The position numbers were made by a program, and so were the translations under genes. The notes under the pieces are model-generated. The model did no database searches, was not told where the DNA came from, and saw nothing but the letters and a program-made list of their open reading frames with translations. Below, in pieces: positions 41,764 through 52,038 of a stretch of 64,000 nucleotides of DNA. The stretch's first letter is position 1; every line of letters starts with the position of its first letter. Origin of the DNA: Myxococcota bacterium (lineage in GTDB: Bacteria; Myxococcota_A; SURF-8); NCBI GenBank assembly GCA_963674735.2, contig CAXXQS010000001.1:2048001-2112000 (forward strand), in the 5' to 3' direction.

Positions 41764-42340
41764 AGGAATCCTGCACGACTTCCTCTTCGCGTAAACGAAT
41801 CGGGCTGACCTTTTCCGGGTGCTTGCCTTTAACGCTTTCGTAGAAGGCCCGCACCACATCCATGTCGTCGCGAATATTTCCCGTCGGATGCAGAAAGCCG
41901 CCCAACCCGCAGCAACGGCGCTCATAGTCGAGATACCCGAATCCGACCGGCACTCCGGCGTTTAACGCGATGTGATAGAAACCCGACTTCCAGTAACCCA
42001 CCTTCGAGCGCGTTCCTTCCGGCGGCACGGCCAGAATCAAATCGGTGGACTCATGAAAACGCTCGGCAATCTGCGAAACCAGGTTTTGAGGCGAGCGCCG
42101 GTCGACGGGAATGCCTCCCAGCCAGCGGTAGAATCCGCCATACCAGGCCGTAAACAGCGTATGCTTCCCAAGGAAGCAGACGCGTGTCCGCAATACAAAG
42201 GCCGTCGCCAACATGAACGGAAAATCCCAATAGGAGGTATGCGGCGCAGCGATGAAAACGTACTTGGCCGGAGCCTCGGCCTTTCCTTCCAGCTTCCACC
42301 CAAACACCCAGAGCCACAGACGCCCGATCCAGTAAGACAT
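41711..42340 (-). CDS. Lysophospholipid acyltransferase (PlsC-like)
   Basis: PHTSYWD (HxxxxD), GGIPVDR, PEGTR, WKSGFY. Confidence 0.92.
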   Translation of the reverse strand: MSYWIGRLWLWVFGWKLEGKAEAPAKYVFIAAPHTSYWDFPFMLATAFVLRTRVCFLGKHTLFTAWYGGFYRWLGGIPVDRRSPQNLVSQIAERFHESTDLILAVPPEGTRSKVGYWKSGFYHIALNAGVPVGFGYLDYERRCCGLGGFLHPTGNIRDDMDVVRAFYESVKGKHPEKVSPIRLREEEVVQDSFIEMDRTYIRSTEQPRA

Positions 42341-42358
42341 AATGTTCCTTTTCCGGTA

Positions 42359-42778
42359 TTAGAGACCGAAAGATCCTTTCAATTCGGCCTGTAAGGCAGC
42401 GGCATCGCTAGCCGATAACGAGCTGGCGCTGACGCCCATGCGTAGAGAGATGGTTTCGCCGTTCCCCCAGGGCCACCAGGCTCCGAAAAGAACCAGTGAC
42501 GAATTCGGATCCGTCGTATAGAGTCGCTGGCCCGGATGCAGGCCGACGTCGGCGGCAATTTGCTGAACGATCGGAGAGGCCTGGCGGATACTCTTCGCGT
42601 CCCAGACAAAAGCAAACGTCGGCATAAGCAGGTCTTCCACCTGTTTGGAATCGATCGTAATGAAACTGGAAAGGGCCGTTTGAAAACGATCGTCCCACTG
42701 CCAAACAAGCAGTCCCGCACTGTTTTCACGCAGGGCACGACCCACTTCTTTTATTTGCGAAGTGTCCAAAACAACCAT
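42359..42778 (-). CDS. Hypothetical protein
   Basis: AGGAGG RBS, 139 aa, Trp-rich motifs WQWDDRF and AWWPWGNG. Confidence 0.75.
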   Translation of the reverse strand: MVVLDTSQIKEVGRALRENSAGLLVWQWDDRFQTALSSFITIDSKQVEDLLMPTFAFVWDAKSIRQASPIVQQIAADVGLHPGQRLYTTDPNSSLVLFGAWWPWGNGETISLRMGVSASSLSASDAAALQAELKGSFGL

Positions 42779-43049
42779 CAATTCCTCCTGATCTACCTTC
42801 AGTCACCAGACGGATACATTATGTACAGCCGATGATAGTTTGCTCGCACTTTAGCACGGTATATGAGATTTCTCCAAGGTCTAATCGCAGGTCCGATCAA
42901 GCCACCCCACCTTACCTTGAGAAAATTGGAGACTCCAAAGTGAAGCACCGCCGGCAAACAAATAGGCGGTTCTGCCCTTGCAGACCCACAAAATAAGGTC
43001 ACCCCCATGCTAAGTTATGGTTATTGTTCGGTTACTTGCATTCGATTCG

Positions 43050-43844
43050 TCAGGTTCCGGTTCCGGCCTGCCGCCGCGCAATGACGGCCGCCCCCAGTGC
43101 CCCCATCAGCTGCGGATCATGGGACAACTCCGCGATATCCGTCCGTAATAAGCGTGAAAGGGCGAGCAGCAAGCCCTTGTTCTTGGCACAACCGCCCGTG
43201 ACGGTGAGGGTGGGTTGCAGGCCGACTTTGCGCACGAGCGTAAACACCCGTTTGGCAACAGAGGTCTGGATGCCCGCCGCAATGTCGGAGGGCGCGTTGC
43301 GCTTGCTGATGAGGCTTACCACCTCGGTTTCGGCGAAAACGCTGCATTGCGAGGTGATGGGAATCACCTTTTTGGCTTGAAGCGATAGCTCCGAGAATCC
43401 GGCGAGATCGAGATCGAACAAGCGGCTCATCATTTCGAAAAACCGCCCCGTACCGGCCGCGCATTTTTCGTTCATGGCGAATTCCAGCACACCGCCCGAG
43501 TCGTTTAGCGCGATGGCCTTTACATCCTGGCCGCCGATGTCGATGATAGTACGTACCTGCGGGTCGCTGAAATGCGTCCCGGCGGCATGACAGCTGATCT
43601 CCGAGATGTTGTCGTCGGCAAAGGGAATTTCGTTACGGCCGTATCCGGTTCCCACCAAACGGGTCAGATCCTCGATTTTCAGTCCTTCCACCGCCTCGCA
43701 GGCTTTCGCCAGCACGGTTTGCGCCGTTTCGGTGGGGTCGATGGTGCTTTTGACAATCGCGCTGGCAAGCAGCCCGTTTTCATTCAGGATAACCGCTTTT
43801 CCGGTGGTCGAGCCCACGTCGCATCCGGCGAAATACGCACTCAT
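43050..43844 (-). CDS. Acyl-CoA dehydratase activase (HgdC/BadFG-type ASKHA ATPase)
   Basis: GCDVGSTT, TGYGR, DIGGQD, NEKCAAGTG, CSVFAE. Confidence 0.95.
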   Translation of the reverse strand: MSAYFAGCDVGSTTGKAVILNENGLLASAIVKSTIDPTETAQTVLAKACEAVEGLKIEDLTRLVGTGYGRNEIPFADDNISEISCHAAGTHFSDPQVRTIIDIGGQDVKAIALNDSGGVLEFAMNEKCAAGTGRFFEMMSRLFDLDLAGFSELSLQAKKVIPITSQCSVFAETEVVSLISKRNAPSDIAAGIQTSVAKRVFTLVRKVGLQPTLTVTGGCAKNKGLLLALSRLLRTDIAELSHDPQLMGALGAAVIARRQAGTGT

Positions 43845-45289
43845 TCTGCCTCCCTCGGCGGATTGGGCGCATCGAGCGGTTGGGCGTTCATCACCGTCGT
43901 CATGAACTCATCCACCTGCTTGCGAATTCCGGCGGGCGGCACGATGCGCGTATCGGATAGATCGTAATTGATGATCAACAGCGGGATACCGCGGCGGCGG
44001 CATTTTTCGCGAAACATCCCCAGTAAAGCCTGCGTGTTCTTGCAACCGATATGCCCGGCCATCCAGATCATATCGCCGCTGAACTGCTCCACGATGCGCC
44101 ACAGGTCGCCGAAAAAATTTTCCGCCGGACCGCGCGTATGGCGCGCCATGGGGCCTTCCATCACCACCCGCGCCAGTCCGCGCAGCATGCTTTCAGGCGT
44201 GGAGGTATCGATCAGGGGATGCCGGTTGTAGGTCAGCATGTCCATCACCATCGAAACGCCGTACCTCTGCTCGGCCCAAGTGAACAGCTCGGGAAACATC
44301 ATCGTGGGAGGATTCCACAAGATGGTCCGATAGCGCTCATCGGGAACGGCCGAAGCCCCGCTTTGCGCGATGCGCTGGGTAATTTCCACGATCTCGCGCA
44401 TCGCGGCTGTCCCGCGCGGACGTCCCGGCATGGCGATACCGTAAAGCAGGTGAGTGAGGTAAATCGGTTCGGCCGCCATGGGTGCCGGTTTGCGGCAGAC
44501 GAGATCCCACAGTTCCAATTCCAACTCAACGAAGCGATTGCGCTCCTCGCAGACCTCTCGCAAACGGTCCCAGTCCATGCGGCCGGGCGTGTTTTCCTGC
44601 AACCAGGCAATCAGCCGCTTCAACTCACCCACGAAATACTCCACCGCCCGTTCGCTGTAGAAGTTGTGCGGAATATCCAAACGGAAGGCGGGCACATTCA
44701 GCTCGCGCTGCATGATCTCGTAGGAGGTCATACCGCCGTCACAGGGCATATTGGACGACACAATGGCCACCGGCGGCGGCATCTCGTTTTTCAAGGTCAG
44801 GCCAATGGTGCTTTTCGGCAGGCTGCAGACATCGGGTGGAATCCCGTTCTGCTCGGCCGCATCGATATACCCTTCAACGATGGCCGTGTCGATGAACGGC
44901 AGGACGATTCCGAGAAATTCCGCCATCCAGGGATTCAGCCCCATGCCGTATAAAATCTCGGGAGGAACGAGATCTTCATGCAGGACCGTCCGCTCGGGAG
45001 CGCTGTAGAGGCCGTCCACCATATCGACGATACTGCCGACGACGCTGCCCACCGCAACGGCGTTCGCGCTGCGGTACAGCCCGGAGCGGCTGCGCGTCAT
45101 CATGTCGAGGATGTCGTTGGCGCGTAGGAGCTTCTTCAGCCAGGGATAGCGGTTTAGTTCCCCCAGCATATGAAAGGGATTGTGCTTCATCCCCAACCAA
45201 CCGATGCGCAGTCGATTCTCCCAGCGGGTCCGGTTGTGGGCCTGACGGTCGTGAAAAGTAAGCTTTTCCAGATTGGCGGTGCCGTTCAT
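43841..45289 (-). CDS. 2-hydroxyacyl-CoA dehydratase alpha-type subunit (HgdA/BcrB family)
   Basis: Cys motifs VCS, PCD, GHIGCK; N-terminal extension. Confidence 0.88.
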   Translation of the reverse strand: MNGTANLEKLTFHDRQAHNRTRWENRLRIGWLGMKHNPFHMLGELNRYPWLKKLLRANDILDMMTRSRSGLYRSANAVAVGSVVGSIVDMVDGLYSAPERTVLHEDLVPPEILYGMGLNPWMAEFLGIVLPFIDTAIVEGYIDAAEQNGIPPDVCSLPKSTIGLTLKNEMPPPVAIVSSNMPCDGGMTSYEIMQRELNVPAFRLDIPHNFYSERAVEYFVGELKRLIAWLQENTPGRMDWDRLREVCEERNRFVELELELWDLVCRKPAPMAAEPIYLTHLLYGIAMPGRPRGTAAMREIVEITQRIAQSGASAVPDERYRTILWNPPTMMFPELFTWAEQRYGVSMVMDMLTYNRHPLIDTSTPESMLRGLARVVMEGPMARHTRGPAENFFGDLWRIVEQFSGDMIWMAGHIGCKNTQALLGMFREKCRRRGIPLLIINYDLSDTRIVPPAGIRKQVDEFMTTVMNAQPLDAPNPPREAE

Positions 45290-46410
45290 GTCTCCAAACT
45301 CTCCAAGAAAGCCTGAATACGGGTTTGCAACTGTCCCTCGCCCGCCTGGGCATACTCCCGTTCCACCCGCAACGCGGGCCACCCGGCTTCGCGTAGCGCC
45401 TTGACCAGCGGGACCGATTCCACCCCCCACATATCGCAGAACTTCATCGTTTCCACCACCACGCCATCCACGCGATAGCGTTCGGCGGCTTGAATAATCT
45501 CCGTCAGGCGGCCGCTGAAGTTTTCCATCATGCGCGGGCAGGCGGTGCGGCGCAGGGTGTGACGCGCCAGGCTTTCAAACGGTTCGCCCTCCTCGGGAAT
45601 CGCGTCCAGCCCGGGGATGGAGCCGGTGCAGAAGCGGTCGGCCACCACTCGCGCTCCCGACCCTTCGATGACGCGCAGGTAGCCGGGATCGTCGAGGGTA
45701 CTGCCCACCAGCATCAGACGTGCGCGCGGCAGCGGTGCGTCCTCGGCAGTCGACACCTGCTCGATGATCGCGCGTAACAACGGCAGTAGCGGCGCCTTGG
45801 GCGAAACGCGGAACGCCATTAAAATCGTATGGAATTCCGTCCCCGAGATGAGAGGCCGATCGTGCAGGCGCAACTCGCCCAGTTTTCGCAATAGCGCCAA
45901 GACTTCGTTGTGGCGGCGAATCGACACCGCCAGAGCCTCGGGACCGGTATCCACCTCGAAATGATCGGTCAGTGTCGCGGCCAAGCCGCGCAACTCTTCC
46001 ATATACCAGGCCACCTGTTCGTCCCCGGTTTTATGCGGCAGATCGAGCATATAACTGAAAGCCGGTTCCATCAGATAGCGCAAATTATCGTACAAACGGC
46101 GCAGGTGATCGCAATTGGCGGCGAACACCCAGCCGTCCAGATCCTCCATCCGTGATTCCAACACCGCTTCCATCAGGCTGCGGGTGTAGGAGCACAGCAC
46201 ACTCGACAGGTAAGTATCCGCCATGGGCGTGGAAACCACGTCGGGGGCTCGTAGACGAATAGGCAGCAAGCCCGACACTTCCAGCAGCGGCTCGGGAATA
46301 TAGCTGCAGGTCGTTCCGATGGCTTTGCTTCCGGTCGCACGCGCCTCGGCCACCCGGTCATTCACCGGCTGAGTCAAACAGGCCTGGAATTCGGTCAAAT
46401 CGAGCGCCAT
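45286..46410 (-). CDS. 2-hydroxyacyl-CoA dehydratase beta-type subunit (HgdB/BcrC family)
   Basis: CSYIPE, LCSY, NCDHLRR, FCD, GQLQTRIQAFLE. Confidence 0.9.
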   Translation of the reverse strand: MALDLTEFQACLTQPVNDRVAEARATGSKAIGTTCSYIPEPLLEVSGLLPIRLRAPDVVSTPMADTYLSSVLCSYTRSLMEAVLESRMEDLDGWVFAANCDHLRRLYDNLRYLMEPAFSYMLDLPHKTGDEQVAWYMEELRGLAATLTDHFEVDTGPEALAVSIRRHNEVLALLRKLGELRLHDRPLISGTEFHTILMAFRVSPKAPLLPLLRAIIEQVSTAEDAPLPRARLMLVGSTLDDPGYLRVIEGSGARVVADRFCTGSIPGLDAIPEEGEPFESLARHTLRRTACPRMMENFSGRLTEIIQAAERYRVDGVVVETMKFCDMWGVESVPLVKALREAGWPALRVEREYAQAGEGQLQTRIQAFLESLET

Positions 46411-46515
46411 CCGTCTCTTCCACGTACGCGTAAAAAATCGGAGAAAAACCGCCGATAAGCCGGATAGACAACGAGAGCGAAAAAAAGAAGTTGATTTTGA
46501 GCGGCGGATCGTCTA

Positions 46516-46550
46516 CAAGTAACCCATGGTTAGTAACCATTGGTTACTTG
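46516..46550. promoter_or_regulatory. 35-bp palindromic double operator (probable TetR site)
   Basis: CAAGTAACCCATGGTTAGTAACCATTGGTTACTTG: two tandem TAACC-N3-GGTTA units in the divergent gap. Confidence 0.8.
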
Positions 46551-46577
46551 CATCACTCACACAATAGAGAAAAATCG

Positions 46578-47219
46578 ATGGCGCGTCAAGCACCGCTCGA
46601 AAAAAAAGTAAAACGCGATCGCCGCGAGGAAGTTCTGCAGGCGGCGCGCAGCCTGTTTTTTGAAAAAGGCTACCGCGGCACCACCATCGAGCAGATCGCC
46701 CGGCGCGCCGACTACAGCAAGCGCACCGTCTACCTCGACTTCGCCAACAAGGACGAAGTGTTCATCACCGTCTGCACCGAGGGCCTGCGCCGCTTGCGCG
46801 ACGACCTGCAATCCATCCCCTTCGAGGGCATCACGGTGGAGGAAAGCGTCGACCGCTTCCTGGACGTCTACCTCGCCTTTTCACACAAGCGACCGCAGCT
46901 TTTTCGCATGATCTTCGCCGAAGCCACCCCCGAAATCATCGCCAATTGTTCGCCCGAAGTCCGCGAACGCGTGGCGGAACTCGAACGCGCCTGTCTGGGA
47001 AGCGTCGTTGTGTGGGCGCAACGCGCCATCGACGACAAACGCATTCCCCCCATGGACCCCTGGCGTGTGGCGGGCATGGCGGTCGGCTCGGCGACCGGGA
47101 TTATTTTGCTGTCGATGGGCGGCAGCCAGACCGTCTTCACCCAGGAAACACTGGATTCCCTCGTTCGCCAGACCGTCTGGATGGTCTGGGAAGGTTTGAA
47201 AACAACCATGACTTCGTAA
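46578..47219 (+). CDS. TetR-family regulator
   Basis: ARSLFFEKGYRGTTIEQIA..SKRTVYLDFANK HTH. Confidence 0.93.
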   Translation: MARQAPLEKKVKRDRREEVLQAARSLFFEKGYRGTTIEQIARRADYSKRTVYLDFANKDEVFITVCTEGLRRLRDDLQSIPFEGITVEESVDRFLDVYLAFSHKRPQLFRMIFAEATPEIIANCSPEVRERVAELERACLGSVVVWAQRAIDDKRIPPMDPWRVAGMAVGSATGIILLSMGGSQTVFTQETLDSLVRQTVWMVWEGLKTTMTS

Positions 47220-47233
47220 CCCCGGAGCGTACC

Positions 47234-48406
47234 ATGGCACGCAACGACCTGTTCGACGATGTCACCGCGATTATTTCCGCTCCCGACAATCCGTACATCT
47301 CCCGCTGGAAAGCATCCGGCAAGCCGGTTATCGGCTACTTCTGTCAATATGCTCCGCCCGAACTGTTACTGGCGGCGGGGGCTCTGCCGGTTCGTCTACG
47401 CGGAGCCGGATCGGAGGACAGCGCCTCCGGCGACGCCCTGATGAGCAGCCGCGTCTGCACCTTCGTGCGCCACGTCATGAGCCTGGTGCTCGACGACGCC
47501 TACGATTTTCTCGACGGAGAAATCAGCGTCAACACCTGCGACCACGTGCGCCGCGCGGCCGACGTCTTCACCAAGAAATCCGCCCTGCCCTTCCACGGCT
47601 TCATATCCGTCCCGCGCACCCCGCGGGAGTCGCTTTTCGACTACTACCTCGGCGAATTGCGCAAATTGCAGGCGGCTTTGGCGGAGCACTTCAAGGTGGT
47701 AATCGACCGCGAGTCGCTCAACCGCGCCATCCGTCAGACCAACGGCACGCGCCGCCGTTTGAGCGCCCTCAATCAGCTTCGCCGCCTGGAACGTCCCAAG
47801 CTCAGCGGGGCCAAGGCCCTGTCGGTGCACATCGCGGCCCAGCTCATGCCGCCCGACGATTTCGCCGAACTGGCCGACAACCTGTTGGCTGAATTGGAAA
47901 GCTTCGAGGGCTACGACCCACCGACGGTGCGTCTGTTCGTTACCGGAGCGGAACTCGACGAGCCGGCCTACATCGCCGCCATCGAAAGCCAGGACGCCCT
48001 GGTCGTCGCCGACGACATCTGTTTCGGCGAACGCTCGGTCTTCGGCTCCATCGATGAGAATAGCGACGACCCCCTCGACGCCATCGCACGTGCCACCTTC
48101 TTCCGCACCTCCTGCGCCCGCATGATCGGCGATTTCCCCAATCGTTGGGAACGCTTGAACCGGCGAGTGGCGGAAACGAAGGCCGACGGGGTGATATTCC
48201 AACGCCTGATTTTCTGCGACCCCTGGGGGGCCGAGCAACATAACCTGCTTCATCGGCTGCAGTCCGACCCGGCCTTCCCCATTCTCAGCCTGCTGCGCGA
48301 GTATGGCGTGGTGCCGACCGGCCAATTGCGCACCCGCGTGCAGGCCTTCGTCGAAAAGATCGAAATCGCGCGTGTACGAAATGGCGCGGCGGGAGGTGGA
48401 GCATGA
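47234..48406 (+). CDS. 2-hydroxyacyl-CoA dehydratase beta-type subunit
   Basis: GYFCQYAPPE, VCTF, TCDHVRR, FCDPW, GQLRTRVQAFVE. Confidence 0.9.
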   Translation: MARNDLFDDVTAIISAPDNPYISRWKASGKPVIGYFCQYAPPELLLAAGALPVRLRGAGSEDSASGDALMSSRVCTFVRHVMSLVLDDAYDFLDGEISVNTCDHVRRAADVFTKKSALPFHGFISVPRTPRESLFDYYLGELRKLQAALAEHFKVVIDRESLNRAIRQTNGTRRRLSALNQLRRLERPKLSGAKALSVHIAAQLMPPDDFAELADNLLAELESFEGYDPPTVRLFVTGAELDEPAYIAAIESQDALVVADDICFGERSVFGSIDENSDDPLDAIARATFFRTSCARMIGDFPNRWERLNRRVAETKADGVIFQRLIFCDPWGAEQHNLLHRLQSDPAFPILSLLREYGVVPTGQLRTRVQAFVEKIEIARVRNGAAGGGA

Positions 48407-49713
48407 GCCGCAAACCCTTGCAGCAAGTCCCCGAGTGGTTGCAGCTTTTCCAAAGCATGCCAAACATCCAACGCTTTTTCGCGGGCGATTCAAACGCGCA
48501 CGGCATGAACAGCCTGCTCAAATCGTTGAACGTCTATCTCAAAAAGATGCTGCACCACAATGATTCGGACCATCCCTTCGTCTGGTACAATCTCGGTTTC
48601 AATTCCGAATTGATCTACGCGCTGGGGGACGTCTGCCCGGTGCCGGTGGAATCGCTGGGCGTGATGCACAGCCTGATCGGCAGCCACGATATCACGCTCG
48701 AATTCATCGACCACGCCCAGGCCTGCGGCGTGCCCAACGACTGCTGCTCGGCGGACAAGCTGGCCATCGGCGCGATGCACAAGCAGGTCTATCCGCAACC
48801 GGCCTGCACGGTGGGCATCAACACCCCCTGCGACGCCCAGGTGTTGAGCACGCAGGTGATCGCCGAATTGGGGCAAGCGCCCTTCTTCGCCATCGATGTT
48901 CCCTATTATCACAACGACGAAACCATCCGGCATGTGGCCAAACAACTGTGGGAACTGGTCCCCTTTTTGGAGGCCCATACCCGGCGCAAGCTGGATTACG
49001 ACCGCCTGCGGGAGGTCTGCGAGTTATCCAACCGCATGACCGAAACCATCTGGGAGTGGCTGGAGTGGCGCAAACGCGCGCCGCTGGCGCAATCAAGCAA
49101 GCTGGTGGCCTTCACCCTGATTCTACAAATTCTGTTTACGGGCTCGGAAGAAGGGCTGGCCATCGCCCAGGGGCTGCTGCGCGAGGCACGTGAACGCAGC
49201 GAACGCGACGAGCGTTTCTTCGAAGAGCGGGTGCGCGCGGTGTGGTACCAGGATCCGGTGTGGACCGACCTGCAGATTTACGACTGGTTCGAACGTGAAC
49301 TCGGGCTGACCGTCCCGGTGGACATCTTCGGTTTCTACGCCCACGAGGGCCTGATCGACACCCGCACGCCCGAAACCATGATGCTGGGTCTGGCCCGCAA
49401 GCTGGTGGCCTGTCACCCGATGGCGCGCCAGTTTCGCGGCAACATCGATGTCTACATTCGCGATTTCATGCACATGGTGGAGGCTTGGAACGCCGACTGC
49501 TGCATCTTCGCCGGACACATCGCCTGCAAGCACGCCTGGGGCGGGATCGGCCTGTTCAAGGAAGCGCTGCGCAAAGCCGATATCCCGCTTCTGATTTTCG
49601 AGTTCGATATGTTCGACCCGCGCGTCACCCCGTATCAGGACGTCTTTTTCGAGGTGGAGCGCTTCGTAAACGAAATCGTGTATCCCCGCAAACAACGAAA
49701 AGCCAGCGCATGA
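48403..49713 (+). CDS. 2-hydroxyacyl-CoA dehydratase alpha-type subunit
   Basis: CCS, PCD, GHIACK, DMFDPR. Confidence 0.88.
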   Translation: MSRKPLQQVPEWLQLFQSMPNIQRFFAGDSNAHGMNSLLKSLNVYLKKMLHHNDSDHPFVWYNLGFNSELIYALGDVCPVPVESLGVMHSLIGSHDITLEFIDHAQACGVPNDCCSADKLAIGAMHKQVYPQPACTVGINTPCDAQVLSTQVIAELGQAPFFAIDVPYYHNDETIRHVAKQLWELVPFLEAHTRRKLDYDRLREVCELSNRMTETIWEWLEWRKRAPLAQSSKLVAFTLILQILFTGSEEGLAIAQGLLREARERSERDERFFEERVRAVWYQDPVWTDLQIYDWFERELGLTVPVDIFGFYAHEGLIDTRTPETMMLGLARKLVACHPMARQFRGNIDVYIRDFMHMVEAWNADCCIFAGHIACKHAWGGIGLFKEALRKADIPLLIFEFDMFDPRVTPYQDVFFEVERFVNEIVYPRKQRKASA

Positions 49714-49726
49714 CGGAGGTGGCCCC

Positions 49727-50527
49727 ATGCTGATTACCGCCGGAGTGGATATTGGATCGACCGCCTCGAAGACGGTGGTGCTCGCGGATGGCCGCATGGT
49801 CTCGCAGATCATCGGTCCCAGCTCGACCAACCCCAAACGCACCGCCGCCGACATCTACCGCCAAGCGCTCGAACAGGCCCAGTTCGCGGCCTCCGATGTG
49901 GCCTTCGTGGTCGGCACCGGCTACGGTCGCACCCAGGTGGAATTCGCCGATAAGAACATCTCCGAAATCACCTGCCACGGTCGCGGCGCACACTTCCTGA
50001 TGCCGACGGCCCGCACCGTCATCGATATCGGCGGCCAAGATACCAAAGCCATCAGCATCGACGGCGACGGCAATCTGCTCGACTTCGTCATGAACGACAA
50101 ATGCGCAGCCGGTACGGGACGCTTTCTCGAAGCCATGGCGCGATCGATGGAAGTGCCTATCGAAGAGATGGAGAATCACTATTTCGGCGACGGCGACGCC
50201 TGCACCATCACCAGCATGTGCAGCGTCTTCGCCGAAAGCGAGGTCATCAACCTTATCAACGACGGCATCCCCCTGCCTTCGATCGTCAAGGGCTTGCTCT
50301 TGTCGTTGGCGGCGCGTGTTTCGGCACTTTCCCGTCGTTTGGGTTTGCAGGAAGACATTGTCATGACCGGCGGCGTGGCCAAGAATCGCGGCGTGCGCCA
50401 GGCCATCGAAAAGAAGCTGAAAATCGAGTTGAAAAACTTCGATAGCGTCGACCCGCAGATTGTCGGCGCTCTGGGGGCCGCTCTGGTGGCCGCCGATTTC
50501 GCCCGCACCGCCAAAGGAGAGGCATAA
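49727..50527 (+). CDS. Acyl-CoA dehydratase activase
   Basis: GVDIGST, TGYGR, DIGGQD, NDKCAAGTG, CSVFAE. Confidence 0.95.
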   Translation: MLITAGVDIGSTASKTVVLADGRMVSQIIGPSSTNPKRTAADIYRQALEQAQFAASDVAFVVGTGYGRTQVEFADKNISEITCHGRGAHFLMPTARTVIDIGGQDTKAISIDGDGNLLDFVMNDKCAAGTGRFLEAMARSMEVPIEEMENHYFGDGDACTITSMCSVFAESEVINLINDGIPLPSIVKGLLLSLAARVSALSRRLGLQEDIVMTGGVAKNRGVRQAIEKKLKIELKNFDSVDPQIVGALGAALVAADFARTAKGEA

Positions 50528-50531
50528 GTCC

Positions 50532-51338
50532 GTGCATGCGAACCCCGACAACCCGCCCTCGCCCGAGGAGGCCCCGCGCTTTTTCGACATGTCCGCGCTG
50601 ATCACCCGATTGCGCAGCTTCGTCGACGCACGCGCCGAGCAAGCCGTTGCGCTCCCGGTGGAAGCCGACCGTGCCGCGCTTCTTCAGCGTTTCGACTTTC
50701 GTCCCCGCCGCCAAGGCTCGCCCGAGGTGGTACTGGCCGCGAATACCCAGGTGGAACTGGGCCATCCGGCGACGGCCTCCTGCACGCTGCTTCTGCTCAC
50801 CCACGACCCCGCACAGGTCGTATCCGGTCGCGTCACCCGCATCGGTCCCGACCTCGACGCCCTCGACCCGGACGCGCGGCATGCCTTCGCCCAGGTGGTG
50901 ATGCTGGCCGCCGACCCGGATGCGTCCCTCGATCCCTTCGAACTCGACAGCGCCCAGTATCTCTTCAATCGCCTGCCCGGCTACATGGTGCGTTCGGTGC
51001 CGGGCCGCTTGTGGGTACGCATCAGCCGCCGGGGCTTTGAAGCCGGTTTACGCCTGACGACGGTCGGAGCGGCGTTGATCGACACCTATCTAACCGAATT
51101 CGAAGGCGTACAGGCCTGCGAGGTGCTGTTCGTCACGGCCAGTGACGCCGATGTGGAGGCGCTCCTGCCGCTCCACACCGAAGCGGAAATTCTGGCCGGT
51201 AAACACAAAAAACTCGCCCTCGGCCTGGACGGCGAGGTCGAATGCCGTGAACTCGACTGCGACACCTGCGAGGAAAAACCCGTTTGCGACACCTTGCGGG
51301 ACGTGGTCATCAAGCGAAGGAGACAAACCCATGCCTGA
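50532..51338 (+). CDS. Stand-alone acetyl-CoA-synthase (CdhC/AcsB) middle-domain-like protein with C-terminal 4-Cys motif
   Basis: ELG, GRVTRIGPDLD, GYMVR...LWVRISR..G..L..VG resemble ACS domain 2; C-x4-C-x2-C-x5-C tail. Confidence 0.65.
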   Translation: MHANPDNPPSPEEAPRFFDMSALITRLRSFVDARAEQAVALPVEADRAALLQRFDFRPRRQGSPEVVLAANTQVELGHPATASCTLLLLTHDPAQVVSGRVTRIGPDLDALDPDARHAFAQVVMLAADPDASLDPFELDSAQYLFNRLPGYMVRSVPGRLWVRISRRGFEAGLRLTTVGAALIDTYLTEFEGVQACEVLFVTASDADVEALLPLHTEAEILAGKHKKLALGLDGEVECRELDCDTCEEKPVCDTLRDVVIKRRRQTHA

Positions 51339-52038
51339 CATCCATGCGCCCGATGCGGCGGTCCTGCTGCCGGGCTTCTTCAGGCGGCTCGATCGAATGG
51401 ACGCCATCTTGCGCGTCATCGTTTCCGAGGCGCGTTTCTCCCTGTCGATGGATTTTCGCGGCGACCCCGGCACGCAACTCTTTTTCGATTTCGCCAAACG
51501 GCCGACCCTCATCAGCGAAGACGTCAAGCGCGAGGGCGCAATCCACGCGGCGGTCCCCGCGACGGTCATGCACGACATTCTGCTAGGCCGCATCGAACCG
51601 GGTGTGGCGCTCGGTCGTCGTGAACTGTTGCTGCGCGGCAGTCCGAGCCATCTTGCCAAGGTGATTCCCCTGTTCGATTTCGGACCGCTGCTTTACCGCG
51701 AGCACCTGGCCGATATCGCGTATCCGGGCTTCGCCCGCACCATCCAACCGCCCTCCGCCAAGGAGACGACCATGAGCCAGCAAAACTATGACGGCACCCC
51801 CGTGGTGATCGACGAACGCAGCCCCTTTGAGAAAGCCCTTTCCAGCCTCTTTCGCACCCTCGCCTTCGGGTTGGGCTTCGTGATCGGCTGGCTGCGCTAC
51901 CGCGTGTTCAAACGCCTCAGCCTGTTCGATCTGCTTGGAGCCCTGTCGCGCGGACTCGAACGCGCCACCCCGGCCGCCCTGCTTGATGCGAATGCACCGG
52001 AAAGCCGCCCACCTGTTTCGCGAAAGGACGCCGCATGA
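51331..52038 (+). CDS. SCP2 sterol/lipid-binding-like protein with C-terminal amphipathic/TM extension
   Basis: HDILLGRIEPGVAL..ELLLRG SCP2-like pattern; internal AAGGAG plus in-frame ATG at 51772. Confidence 0.6.
   Translation: MPDIHAPDAAVLLPGFFRRLDRMDAILRVIVSEARFSLSMDFRGDPGTQLFFDFAKRPTLISEDVKREGAIHAAVPATVMHDILLGRIEPGVALGRRELLLRGSPSHLAKVIPLFDFGPLLYREHLADIAYPGFARTIQPPSAKETTMSQQNYDGTPVVIDERSPFEKALSSLFRTLAFGLGFVIGWLRYRVFKRLSLFDLLGALSRGLERATPAALLDANAPESRPPVSRKDAA

Noticed and set aside
43050-50527. Calling the cluster benzoyl-CoA reductase (bcr/bzd)
   Set aside because: Each alpha/beta pair has its own single activase with both cluster Cys, and no dch/had/oah genes are nearby. The substrate cannot be assigned from motifs.
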